A stretch of 64,000 nucleotides of DNA from Eledone cirrhosa (lineage: Eukaryota), in contig OZ024755.1 in NCBI GenBank assembly GCA_964016885.1, forward strand, positions 28,086,001-28,150,000, given 5' to 3'. Of this stretch, positions 14,010 to 27,228 are shown one piece after another (within the stretch, counting starts at the first letter, position 1; each line of letters starts with the position of its first letter). The notes under the pieces are model-generated. The model was not told where the DNA came from, made no database searches, and worked only from the letters and a program-made list of their open reading frames with translations. The position numbers and the translations under genes were made by a program.

Positions 14010-15435
14010 GTTGGAGGATAACCAAAAGCCTAAAGATCTTCAAGGTAGCAGATAACATCAGACAGCTATTAAGTAAATGTATGAAGTCCTGGGAAACAGA
14101 GTTAACATCAGGTGGAGAATCCTTGGGAGGCGTGAAGATCAAGAGAGGTATCTTCCAGGGAGATAGTTTGTCCCCTTTGTTGTTTATCCTTTCCCTGATA
14201 CCCCTGTCCGTCATATTGCGAAACGTTGGGAAGAGGAGAGCTTACCATCAACCACCTCCTCTTCATGGACGATCTTAAACTCTTTGGGAAGAGTGAGAAG
14301 GAGTTGGATGTACTTGTTGACACTGTCCGTATTTTCAGAAATGATATATGTATGGAATTTGGTATTAATAAGTGTGGAGTTCTAGTGATGAAGAGGGGTA
14401 AATTGAGCAGAAGCAACGGAATCCAGGTACCAACAGGTGAGATGATAACGGAAATTGACACTGAAGAAGGATACAAGTATTTGGGTGTCTGGAGGTAGAT
14501 GACATTAAGAACAAAAAAATGAAGGAATTGATAAGATCTGAATACATAAAGAGAGTAAGGAACATACTAAAATCATATCTAAATAGTAGGAATGTCATAA
14601 GTGCAGTAAATCCCCGAGCTGTGTCTATTATTAGGTACAGTGCGGGAATTCTGAAATGGAATGTTGCTGAACAAAAAGAAATAGTCATTAGGTTCCTAGT
14701 CTTCCTATCTATCTGCAACAAGAGGAGTGATAGACTCTACTTAAAGAGATCTGAAGGTGGAAGAGGTATTATCAGCATAGAAGACTGTGTTCAGATGGAG
14801 AAAAACAGCCTAGACAAATATGTGGCTGACAGTAGGGAGCTAATGCTCAAAATTGTACTGAAGGAGAAGACAATAGACCAGGGGATGTCCAAGGAGGAAA
14901 TAACAAGGAGGAAGAGCAACCTACATGAAAAATCCCTTCATAGTACCTTCTTTAAGAAAACGGAATTTAGAGATCCACAGACATGGAACTAACTGGTTAA
15001 AAAAGCTACAGACGGAATGCTAATGGCTGCGCAAGAGCAAGCGCCCAGAACGAAGTGGGTGAAACACCATATTGACAAGGAGGAGGCTAGCTTACTGTGT
15101 AGGATCTGGAGACATGATGTGATAGGCAAGGTGATCCACTGGCACCTATGCAAAGTAAACAATTTACCACATTCTGAGAAGTGGTATGAGCATAAGCCAG
15201 AGTCGGTGACAGAAAACGATCAGGTGAAGGTGCTATGGAATTTTAGGATACAGACGGACAAGAAATTAGAACACAATAGGCCTGACCTGGTGGTTTTGGA
15301 CAAGGAAAAAAGATCGTGCCTGATTGTAGATGTAGCCTGCCCATTTCTCACGAGAGTGCAAGAAAATTAGAGGGGGAATATTAACCGATACAGGATTTAA
15401 CGTTTGAGTTTATAAAGATTTAGAACTGCCATGAA
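14010..15435 (+). pseudogene. Decayed R4/Dong-clade LINE: reverse transcriptase plus restriction-like endonuclease
   Basis: RGIFQGDSLSPLLF, HLLFMDDLKLF, YKYLG, GGRG, AAQEQA, RHD..W, RPDLVVLDK..LIVDVACP spread over four frameshifted ORFs. Confidence 0.92.
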
Positions 15436-15851
15436 ATTAATGATAATATTAAGGATGTTTTACAAAAAAAAGTTGGGGTGTGTGTTGTATTTGTAAGAGG
15501 ATGAAACTGAATCTAAAATAGAAGGTCAGTGCCAGATAAATTCAACCATGACGCGAGGTCACGGTCATCGGCTGGAGTTAGTTGAAAAATGTCAGTGTCC
15601 TGAACAGTAGACAATATTCAGCACTTCATTTCTATCTTTCTGCATCTCTACCATTTCTATTTCGACCGCAAAAAAAAAAAATCGATGACTAACGATGTCA
15701 CTTATCTTCCATTTAATGCAAATGAATACATCTCAAGTACTTTCCAATTTTCATTACACATACATGGAGTCAGCTATCCATATCACACCACCGTGCTGAA
15801 AATAAATCGAAGTGTGTGTGTAAGTAAACATGAGGGATGTTTCATACACAA

Positions 15852-15943
15852 ATAATTGTTTCTACATTTGGCACAAGGCCAGCGATTACCCCAGTGCATC
15901 ACTGGTACTTTATTTTATCGTAAGGAGGAAAGGCAACGTTAAC
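15852..15943 (-). mobile_element. SINE, 3' half
   Basis: Partial consensus match. Confidence 0.8.
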
Positions 15944-16329
15944 AAATATGAATACTGACGCGTGCAAAAGTACAAAAATGGGCTAGCAAAATTTTATCCT
16001 GCAAAATTCATGAGTTCGAAATTTCAAATATATATTTTTTTAAAAACTCCAGTTGCATTTTCGATTTCAACTTTTTTTCTTATACTTTCACTCGTCTAGG
16101 ACATCTGTTTTTTTTCATTTTCTAAAATAAGCCTCATTTTCTAATATATATATATATATGTAGATAAATCTACCAAAATGTACGGTAGTGTCCAATCCGT
16201 ATGAAGAACTCAATGTAATCCAAATATCATGAAAAGAGAAGATGCATTCAACATTTTTCGATGAAAATCATAGGAAAACAGAGTCAAGATAAATTAATAA
16301 AAACAAGTTCCTTATATTAAAAAATTCAT

Positions 16330-16454
16330 CATTTTACGATCGTTTCTAGGATGTATATGTGTGTTGGTATGTATATCATATAGATCTATGTAAAAATATT
16401 ACAAACTATCAGAGGAAATATACATACCTACACATAAACATGTCTTCAGAAATG
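16330..16454 (-). ncRNA. Hammerhead motif with long stem II (copy 1)
   Basis: Minus: CATTT-CTGAAGA-(about 100 nt)-GAAA CGATCG TA-AAATG; the segment 16285-16452 is duplicated at 17810-18000. Confidence 0.6.
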
Positions 16455-16468
16455 TATATATGAAAACA

Positions 16469-16572
16469 CAAATTAATATAGAAATGTCTTCTACAGGACT
16501 AGAACTGTTTCACTCTACTAATATATTGAGTAGAGTACCTTACGTAGTGTGGTTAACCCAGATTGAACCCGC
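16469..16572. mobile_element. Fragment of the 28155-28337 Penelope-like family
   Basis: CTACAGGACTAGAACTGTTTCA plus inverted tail TATTGAGT..TACCTTAC..GTGGTTAAC..GATTGAACCCG. Confidence 0.6.
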
Positions 16573-17477
16573 ACGCACGCACGCGCTCACACACACGTGT
16601 ATATATACTATAGTACAGTTATATTATATTATATATATTCATGACTAAAAACACGTTTCTTCATCAATGTTACCTACATTTATACAGACTACTCACTCAA
16701 TAAGTCAATCAAATATATTACTGATATTTTAAATAGTGTTTTATTACAGATTCCAACATGCCATGTATCAGCTTCCTTATCGTAACACAATAGGAAGAAT
16801 AACAGCGGCAACTGTTAACCTCGCTCCATGCAGCGATAGAAGAACGTTCCTAAATACAATTGTATTAGTTTCACGGTTAATATTCTGCTTGTGGGTATGT
16901 ATGACTCAAATTTATTTGATACACTGAAAAATAATATTGATTTATTTTTGGTGTTTAACATATGATTAGATAAATCCAGTGTATTCTGATGAAATAATTG
17001 ATTTACAATGATTGATTTACATGTACATGTTTACAGCGCTCTTGTTTGATACTTTTCTATACAGAGGTGTGTTAGCTTGAGTGTGTTTTAGAGCAAACTA
17101 GACTGCGTGAAAATTAACTATGGTGATACCTCGTGAAATTTGTTGAGCTTTTATATGATCAATTTAGTGTGTAGCTAAAACATTTTATTCAGCCTTAAAA
17201 AACGTTCGGATATATGTATCCAATATGGACCATATTTATTACATCGATAGATTACGTTCTTGTTTGGCGGATATTTGTATGCTGTTTATAATGTCGAACA
17301 AATCGTACAACCGTTTCTACTGTATTTCTAACAGGAACATTACACACGCATGTAGCGATAATTTACTAGAAGATTTGTTTGACGTTTTGTAACCTATAGA
17401 AGTACTGCTTAAAATTACTATATTTATTCATGGCGTCAAAGTTAAATTGAGTTGGTATGCATCTTATATAAATTCTT

Positions 17478-17567
17478 TATTATATATATATGTATACATA
17501 TATATATATATATATACATATATATACATATATATATATACATATATATACATATATATATATATAT

Positions 17568-17656
<89 letters not shown>

Positions 17657-17810
17657 CATCATATATATTTATACATATATATACATATATATATACATAT
17701 ATATATATATACATATACATACATACATACATATATATATACATATACATATATATATATATATATATGTATGTATATATATATATATACATATATATAT
17801 ATTCATATAA
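17478..17810. repeat. (TA)n/(TACA)n microsatellite
   Basis: Directly visible. Similar tracts near 23.7-24.1, 27.5-27.8, 28.6-29.15, 35.26-35.95, 36.8-37.4, 37.8-38.1, 52.5-53.9, 56.0-56.46 and 63.4-63.9 kb. Confidence 0.99.
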
Positions 17811-17864
17811 ATTAATAAAAACAATGAATAAAAACAAAGAACAAGTTCCTTATATTAAAAAATT

Positions 17865-18002
17865 CATCATTTTACGATCGTTTCTAGGATATATATGTGT
17901 GTGTTGGTATTTATATCATATAGATCTATGTAAAAATATTACACATTATCAGAGGGAATATACATACCTTCACATATATTTATGCTGTCTTCAGAAATAA
18001 TG
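17865..18002 (-). ncRNA. Hammerhead motif with 103-nt stem II (copy 2)
   Basis: Minus: CATTATTT-CTGAAGA-long imperfect hairpin-GAAA CGATCG TA-AAATGATG; 8-bp stem I, palindromic stem III, GUA triplet. Confidence 0.7.
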
Positions 18003-18258
18003 ATATTTGTTTATTGAAAAATACCAACAAAGATTTAATACAATAGGTCTGTTTGGGAACAGGTATTTGATTCCAGAGTCGGGCCAGATCGATACAGAGC
18101 GAACCATGAGCTGGTCAATAGCGAAACGTACGTCACCAATCAATAAACGTAATGAAGGCTTAACAAATGGTATTTGTATTATTATATTACACTCTATTAA
18201 TTAATACTGAATACTTCATCTATGCACTCTTAAGATTTATTTTCATTATATAATTCTC

Positions 18259-18380
18259 TATGATCTGAGTTTAAATCCCGCCGAGGTTAACTTTGCCTTT
18301 CATCCTTACGGGGTAGATAAAATAAAGTACCAGTAATGTACTGGGTAATTGATGGCCTTGTGCCTAAAATAGAAACAATT
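18259..18380 (+). mobile_element. SINE, 5'-truncated
   Basis: 16-bp TSD ATTATATAATTCTCTA. Confidence 0.9.
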
Positions 18381-19489
18381 ATATAATTCTCTAAAATATC
18401 GTAATATACTTGTGAAGATCTTAATGTATTGTAAAAACCGTATGATACTCAGGTTTCGAAAGCCATGTAACACAAATGCTGTTTCCGGAATACAATGCTT
18501 TTTGTGAAATATGTTTTATTGTAATTCGCACCTTTCCGGTTAAACACATAACCTGATCCAGTTTCCACGGAAATAAATATGAGAAAATAAACTCTAATTG
18601 ATATTTGATAGTACAAGCCACATGCAAATAATTATTTCCAGTATGTATTGTTATACGTTCTAGTCATCATACCTACCATCATTGTTGATGATTTGTTATT
18701 TTAACTCGATAAACATAAATATTACTAATTCATTGGACAGCGATTAACTTTCAACATTTCTAAACGGCCCATCAGTTCTCAGTTTCAGCAATATACTTAA
18801 TATGCAATAACTTATGTAATCTACCGAACGACATCAGATAATAGAACAACATCCCTTCAGGATATATATTTAACCATTAATATATATCCTGAAGATATAT
18901 TACGTACACTATTGTTCGAGTAGTTAAAAACATTTTATTACGAAATAGAATATTACGTCTAGACTAAGGTTTTATTTAGGTGGGAGCAGGGCTTAATTAA
19001 ACTAACATCGTTTCTGTTACCATATTACTCCTAGAATGTATATTGTACTATGGTGTATAACACATGAAATATAGATTGTCCACGCATGCATATGGATTTG
19101 GTTAAAAATCGCATTTCACAATCCTATAGTCTTGAAATGAAAACAACTTATAAATATTGATCCTTTTGATATTATCAGCTTTACTTGTTTTATTTAGATT
19201 TTAAACACTCTGACTGGAATAATTTGCTGCTAATTACTTCAAGTTAATCGTAATTTCGAAATTAATTATTGATATTAGGTAGAGCTTACCGTATATGCGT
19301 TTCTCTTTTGCTAAGCAATCTAATGGCGTAATATCTGACAGCCGTATAGTGAATAAGTGTTGTCTCTTATATTCATATTTCGGGATGTGTTTGTGTAACA
19401 TTTGGCGTGACTGATAGAAACGGAAGTGACTATACAGAGGCATAGAAACGGAAGTGACTATACAGAGGCACTTGTTTTTAGTAGTTACT

Positions 19490-19850
19490 GAATACTTTGT
19501 AATACACACGGCTTATGACATACGCTGCAACAGCCACCCCACCTCAGGGAACTTCTTCCTCAGACGGGTTGCTGACGTTCCGATTTTCCGGAGAAGCTCG
19601 GTAATATGGGGTCCAAGTACGCCTGAGGTTTCGCCGGCGACAGATGCGAGGAGGAGGCAGCCAGACAATCCCCGCTATTTGTTTGTCTTCCTTTCCTCTG
19701 CATTGCGGACCGCATTACCGGGGTTTGTTACCGTAGTGGCTAAGTTGGAGGCGAGAACGTGTCACAACACGTGACGTACGAAGTGAGGAATCTACCTCCT
19801 TCGAATAGGGAGAGGGTAATTCTGTCGGAGCGCTTGGCGTCTCCGCCGAA
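19490..19850 (-). mobile_element. Diverged CRE-clade LINE endonuclease fragment
   Basis: Minus: KRSDRITLSP...ASNLATTVTNPGNAVRNAEERKTNK*...AGETSGVLGP..ELLRKIG...GWLLQRMS. Confidence 0.7.
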
Positions 19851-21754
19851 TAATTGGAAACTGGGAAAAACTCTCATCAGTTAAATGTCTGCGAAATACA
19901 ACGATTCTTTGGTTCATTTTCAATAAAAACTCAATATTCAATATTATTTAACTGGAAGAATATTGATGAAAGAAGATCTCTAAATTAAGCAAGTGAGAAA
20001 ATATCAGAATCTATTTTAAAATATCTAGTGACCTGAATTTGAGCTTGGATTGAAATACATTCATTTCCTGAACGTGACTTTTAAGAAACCTATAGACGGG
20101 AAGACACCAGTATTTGTCTTATAATCACTTTGAGACGTTATGCTATGCTAGCATATATCAATATCTACGAAGAAATTATATCGTGCTATATAGAACGTAG
20201 TAAATGTCAGCAATTACCTCCATTTTGAATATAATTGCAAGATAGAAATTCCTGATTCCTTATTCAGCTTATTCGTAACAGAAATCAAATAAAGTGTAAA
20301 ATAGACAACAAAAAGTAATGAGTTAAATGGCACATGAAATTAATAAACAATAAAATAAAACATAATTAATGTTGTTATTGCAGAAATGGAAAAGTTATAT
20401 CAACAAAATATTTGATGTTTGGTAGAATATATTTTAGTACTGTTCTATTATGTAAAATGTCTTCTAAAATTCCTCTGTGGTATTGATAAGTAACTGGCTT
20501 CGGTTATTGGTAGAAATAACTGTATCCCGTATAGTCTTTAGCATTTTTTTCCAGAGAGTGACGATTCCATTGGCGTTGCCGTCACCGACACTGCACAACG
20601 CAAGAGGGAGAGAATCTTCGCCGAACAGACTGCAATCGCCAAACTAAGACATGCGCCTTAAGAATATTGAGTTCTGTTCCGTTTCCGTCTTCAGTATAGC
20701 AGTGAAACCCAGTATTCTTAGAGTAAAATTTGAGATTACACAATTTAAAGTATTTTTTAATAAAATCTAATGAATATGTAAATAAATCTTCTCTCGTCAG
20801 TAAAGTTTGTCCCATTCTCATCAGTAGATTTTGTCTCATTTAAGGTTTTATCAAATTTGGAGTGATTAAGAGTGTTTCGGAAAATATTGGGCTTGTAAGC
20901 CGTACGACAAAATATGATTAGGATAGTTGACCTCGATCATATTAAATGTACTCAGTGATTTTTGAATTGAATTTCTTATAACAAACACTGACTTATTTTA
21001 CTTTATATTATCCTCACTATTTCTAGTCCATGCGTGAAGAAGTTCTTATCTATTCTCTCTTGTAAACGAGTTATTTAAGAAGACATAAACACGTTATTAG
21101 GTGTCTCAACAGTAAAACTTCAATTAGTAATTAAGAAATTTATCGACAAAGTTTAATGAATTTCTTGCATGAACGAACAATAAATATTACGACAAACTGT
21201 TGTTAATCAGGCGAAGTTTGAAATATTGCGTAGGTGGCAAGCCATTCAAATCAAATTGTCTCTCGAATATACAGGCTAGCACACACAATCTCGTACCTCG
21301 ATATAGGTGTATACACACATGGACACATGTGTTACAGGCGTTCACAGAGATACATTTATATGTTCTTCTTTATCATTTTATATATTTTTACCAATAGAGA
21401 GAGAGAGTCGGTTTCTAACATAGATACACGACTCTCTAATTGGAATTTAAACAACATCAACTAGGTAGATATGTATGCATGTGTTTGCAGCTGTGGATGT
21501 TATTGTATGTGTGGGTGTGGATGTTTTGAGTTGTGTGTGTGCATGTGTTTATGCTTTGTATCTGTACAACTGTATATGCAGTTATTAGATGCAGAAGTTT
21601 TGAAATGTTTTACATATTTTTACTGTTCCATTAATGGATTGTACTTGTAATTTCCTAACTAGTCATGTTCTTTCTGTTTCTGTGAAGCCCAGCTTCTCAA
21701 GATTTGTACCGAGGCATTTACTAACTTATACCACTGCCCCAAATGTATGTACCA

Positions 21755-21870
21755 TGTATGTATGCCTTAGTTTGGCTACTGCCGTCTGTTCGGCGAAGCC
21801 TTCCTCTCTTTTGTGTTGTGAGGCGTCGGTGTCGGCAGCACCAACGGAATTGTCACTCTCTGGAAAAAAG
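21755..21870 (-). other. Exon-like segment with an inverted paralog at 20545-20660
   Basis: Ungapped similarity of about 115 bp, frame open in both copies, both starting at TTTTTTCCAG (acceptor-like); no recognisable protein. Confidence 0.35.
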
Positions 21871-22755
21871 TTCTGGATCTCTTTCAGCGACATTGCATCT
21901 TGGTTGAATTTTCTCCAGAAGGAATATATCTCTTTCTGAAATGGGACCTCAATGACATTTATTAGTTTGCCCTTCATATCTCTCTACACTATTTACTTTC
22001 GGTTTAATATCTTTTTAATTATTTTTCATTATTTTGTAGGAAGCTCAGTCGCGGAAAATAATTTCAATTACAGCCAGTTGCTATGAGACGGGAAAATGTT
22101 GTCAACGACAACGAGCAACAATTCTTCGTCTCTAGGGGGTTTGACCCAACGTTTATGAGCATTTTATGGTAACTGACTGTAATTACAGTTATTTCTGGCG
22201 AAAAGCGTGTGGGTTTATTTCAAGAGCAAATTGCCCCCTATATTCCTAACATTGTTAACGCTTTTAACATTTAGTAATAGAATTATAAGTCAATTGTATA
22301 TTCTAAATCATTGCTGTCAGTACTATGATCGTAGCAACTCGATATCAACATTGTAAACTTGCTAATTATGTGAGACATTGTTGATATCTCAAAACTACCC
22401 AGGGCCTCACAAAACACTTTTAATATCTGCCGAAACAATTGACTGTTACTTTAATTAACCGACTCCTGCTGAACGAAATACCTTGTTGACTTGGAGATAT
22501 TTTGACATCTAACAAACACGCCAACAATTCAGCTAATGCATCACATTGGAATAACACAGGCATTAAATAAAAACAAAATGGATTCCATAGTATTAACATG
22601 GAAATTCAAGATGTTAATCTTTCTAATGAATACGATAAATAATATATTAAACAAAGTTTAAAAGGTGTTCAAAGCAAATGGAAATTTTTCATTAATGTAT
22701 CTAAATGAAATTTACATTTATATGAAATTAAATTCGATATTATATCTCTTTGGCA

Positions 22756-22940
22756 GGTGGATTGGCAGTATCGGTAAAGGGTCGGACGTCATTCTTTCCA
22801 GCATAGTTACGTCCCTTTACGATCTGAGTTCAAATCCAGCCGAGGTTAACTTTGCCTTTCATCCTTACGGGGTCGATAAAATAAAGTACCAGTAATGCAC
22901 TGGGTAATTGCTGGCCTTGTGCCTAAAGTAGAAACAATTA
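22756..22940 (+). mobile_element. SINE, main family, full length
   Basis: 17-bp TSD ATTATATCTCTTTGGCA (22739-22755 / 22937-22953). Confidence 0.95.
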
Positions 22941-23139
22941 TATCTCTTTGGCATCTTAGCCTGAAAAACAGGTTGCAAATCAGATTGCTACATTCTCAAT
23001 ATCTATATAAAGAAGACTTCTTGTTTTTCGAATCGAATAGGAAATGCGAACTATGATTGGATAGATATAACATGCAAAGACTGTGTAGTATATGGCAAAG
23101 GACTTTTAATCATGTTTTACATATACATTTTATGTCTAA

Positions 23140-23404
23140 ATTCTGCGGGATTTGAATTCAGAACGTAAAGGGCCATCACTCTATGCTATAAATCGTGGTG
23201 TCTGACGTTCTACTGATATTAAAATCCATCGCCCTCATGACGATAATAATTGTTTCTACTTTTTGGCACAGGGCCAGCAATTATTCCAGTGTATTACTGG
23301 TACTTTATTTTATCGACCCCCGTAAGGATGAAAGGCAAAGTTAACCTCGGCGGGATTTGAACCCAGACCGTAAAGGGCCGTAAATCTTTGCTGAAAAGCA
23401 TGGT
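23140..23404 (-). mobile_element. Two adjacent SINE pieces (old head 23140-23235, younger copy 23246-23404)
   Basis: Consensus matches. Confidence 0.85.
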
Positions 23405-23793
23405 GATGATAATAATAAAGAACAATACTTTCATTTTACAATTTGATTCAATGAGAAATATATTGTGTATTTACATGACGCTGATCAGAGTGTCAGCCAT
23501 TGTAATTTATATTGCGTTCGTTTTGGTTATCAATCATCTTGCCGGAAGTACATTAGAACTATTCAGAATGTTTGTTGGTATCTATTTTATAGATTATACT
23601 AATATAAATCTAGAGAGTCTAATTGCCCGAAACAATCACTTGATACACCATAGGGCAACATGGTGATTGATTTGATACTGAAGACCCTGTAGTATCAGTT
23701 ATGTCCATATAGATATAGATATATATACATAGACACACACACACACATATACATATATATATATATAATATAATATGTATATATATATATATA

Positions 23794-23876
<83 letters not shown>

Positions 23877-23880
23877 CATA

Positions 23881-24000
<120 letters not shown>

Positions 24001-24255
24001 TACATATATATATATATATATATATATGTATACATATATATGTATATAAGTATGTACACGTACATACATATATGTATACAGACGTACAGTAGTATGTATA
24101 TATATATATATACATACATGCACACATATATATATGTAAGTATGGATTCACCGAACATTTATTATAATGCTCGGTGTGTTTGTAAACAAACATCCCGTAT
24201 TAAGCCGTAGTGTCCAGCAACCATCGTTGCTCGTTTGTTCAACACTGACAAAGGA

Positions 24256-24298
24256 ACGCTGTACTAGTTTCAAGCCTATTAGCTATCGTCAGCAACGT
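24256..24298 (-). ncRNA. Minimal type-I hammerhead ribozyme motif
   Basis: Minus: ACGTTG-CTGACGA-T AGCT AATA GGCT T-GAAA CTAG TA-CAGCGT; palindromic ACTAGT stem III, GUA triplet. Confidence 0.8.
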
Positions 24299-24604
24299 AT
24301 ACCTTCCTGCCAGATTGTTGAACGTATATACTTACCTTATGCATATTAACGGCTGAGTAGCCCAATTTGCATATCGAGTGGGTTAATCGGCCGGGTACAC
24401 CGAAAACGATAAACGGAAAAAATGAAACGAAATTTCATTTCCCACTCTTAGTACGGCTGTTACTTAAATATATTTAAGTAACTTAGCGTTGTTTTACGAT
24501 GGTCAGTATGTCTCTGTAGGTGATGTCAAGGAGCTTCCTGAATCATCTTAACTCATCTTCATAGCTTATATCCTTCTTTCCAGAGCTGCTGTTATAGTCC
24601 ATAT

Positions 24605-24678
24605 AAAGTGTCTTCGGGAATTGAACTCACAGTGTTGCGATTGTAAGCTGGATATCCTAACCACAATGCCACGCTCCT
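24605..24678 (-). mobile_element. Degraded tRNA-like SINE head (second family)
   Basis: Minus TGGCATTGTGGTTAGG...GTGAGTTCAATTCC (A and B boxes); similar to 55780-55988. Confidence 0.55.
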
Positions 24679-27004
24679 TTATAGAGAACATGATATCTCT
24701 GATATATGTCTGTATCACGATGGAACCCATCATGGACAAGTGCAGTAACAGCGACTGTTATATTCTGACTGCGCACACGTTGAACGACGTCTCCATTCTC
24801 ATTCGACACAAACTGTGTCTTGTGTTTGCATGCGTATACATACTGGACAGTTGAAGCAGTGTCACACTGGATATCACACTCTCTCTCTGTCTCTCTCTCA
24901 TAATTTTAGTCAATTCATGTAAGAATTGTGTGTCATAGATAGTCAAAAAAGTTTCATAGGTAGGGTAACAGCGATGTTGATCATACTGAGCAATATGTCA
25001 CACTATATGCTGGATATAAGCACAAGGCGTCCCTGGAGCTTCAAAATGACACAACAATCAAAATAATAAAACTATATCTGTGGAATTGAGTGTCCCACAA
25101 TCGAGCCCTAATCTGACTGTGTTTGCATATTCCAAGCAGTTATGCATCCGATCAGCTTCAAATATCTATGCCCCATCCCGATATCTGCAACTATAGTTGT
25201 ATCTCTTTCACTGAAAATATATCATCACTTCAGATATACACAAAAAAAAAGCTGCAACCATATTAAACCTCCTCTCATAGATTAAGTCGGTTCTTTAAAA
25301 CCATCCAAATTAGTATTACCAATACCCAGCTTACACGAAGAATGCAGTGATACTTGGATAGGATCCATGTATATATATGTATTACACGAAACATAATCTC
25401 TTTATTGATGCTTATAAAGTGTAGAAAGAAAATTATTGTAACATACATATATAGCGTGTTTGAAAATAATGTTATACAGTGATGTGTGTAAAATACAAAT
25501 ACAAATGTGAGCTATCCGACTTGGTTACGTATCGTTGAAACGGATAAAAATAAAATAACGTAGAAAATCACGTTGTAAGTGTGACGCAGTTTATACATTC
25601 ATCGATATTCGAACTGCTGCATTAATTGAAACAATCCAGCATAAATGTATTCTTAATCCTCCTGAAATCAATATATCCAGTAGTTTTTATAGGGAAAGCA
25701 AGCAGTTCATTGTTTTAGAAAACGTGTAGGGCTTTCAACTAGAGAACTCACAATATCTATTTTCTAATATAATAAATGGATTTATATACAATTCTAGAAC
25801 AACGGTATGAGTCAATCGATTGCAACCGGTATCACACTCCAGTTGTAAAGCTGCAACTGTATCTAAAAAATGTTTAATGCATTCAAAATAAACAGCACAT
25901 CAAAGCAGGACAAGTGCAGGTCAATAGTACAAAATTACAAGCAATAGCTGCAACATTTCCCTCAATGACATATAGCCGAGTTTTAACAAAATGAATAAAA
26001 CATTGAATATACCTTTGAATGCTATCAAAGCTGAAACACATTTGATCATGTCTCGTCAATCATGGTAATATCCAAGAATAAAGAACGATAAACAACTACA
26101 CCATTCCCTGGTCAGTCATATATTAACAAAATATTTAATTATTGCAAACGAAAATATCATTTAACACGCACTTGCATGTAATATAGATCGTATAGAACAA
26201 AAGCAAATTCTATAGTTTCTACTCTTTCAGGTATATTTTCGGAGAAGAAACTCTCACGAAATGTGTAAGATACAAACACTGCTTTAAATATAATTTGAAG
26301 AAAGGTAACATTCAGGTTAGAAGAAAATGCAATCCATAAAGCATCATGGAGACAATATGTGCAGAGTGAGTTCAAGCATTGTGAAAATCCCATTAGGCAG
26401 CACAATTGAACCCTGATGCAAGAAGGGTAATCAACATTGATTGCTTGTTCAAATATTTAAAATGTCTATCTAATGAGTTTCTTAAAGTTGCATGATAAAA
26501 AGGAAGCTAATGTTAATTTGTACTTACTTCAAAGGACATATAACTCTCACTTATGGAATAAACATTCCCTTTAACTCTGTGGTGTGTATGTAACAAAACT
26601 AAAACGAATTAAATGAAACAAGAGAGCAATCATTTTAAAAAGTAAACGTTGAGTAATTATATTCATAACTTAATTTAAGTCTGCGCTGCCAATGAACCGG
26701 TGGTCTCAAGATAAATATGCTTCTTTGGGAAAAGCAAGAAAATTGTCTTCGTGGGCAAACTTCTAAGTTGGTTCAGTTCACATGGTAGAGTGGAAAAATC
26801 ATCAAAACTAACTTTAACAAATTACAGCAAGCCCGAGAACGCGATTCTCATGAGAACGCCACTAATTTCATATAGAAAACGTTCCTGCATGAACAATAAA
26901 GGCCTCATGTTAATGACTTCCACAAGCTACCACCTTGTTTCAACACATTTCAGTAGTAAAGTGAGAATGAAAACGGTAATGAAAGAGTTAAGTAATCATG
27001 TTGA

Positions 27005-27228
27005 TGGCCTCTCCATAGCCCCGGCGGACAGAATCGAGAAGGAGTTTCCCCGGAGGATGGAAAAGGAGATGCGCTGGAAGAGCCATTCCAACTCGCCGCG
27101 AGGCTCACACCTGTGACTGGCCATCTCAGCGCCTGTGGTGGTGAATAGGGAGGTAGCCCTACGGCCAAGGACACCAGAAGTCTCCACTGCCAAGCCTACG
27201 ACCGCAAACCTGTCCGAGAGCGATCAGG
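27005..27228 (-). mobile_element. CRE-clade LINE 3' fragment
   Basis: AVETSGVLGRRATSL...LEWLFQRISFSILRGNSFSIL. Confidence 0.8.

Noticed and set aside
24960-25200. PQSSPNL resembling the Tc1/mariner SPDL motif
   Set aside because: Single weak motif, no TIRs or other transposase motifs.
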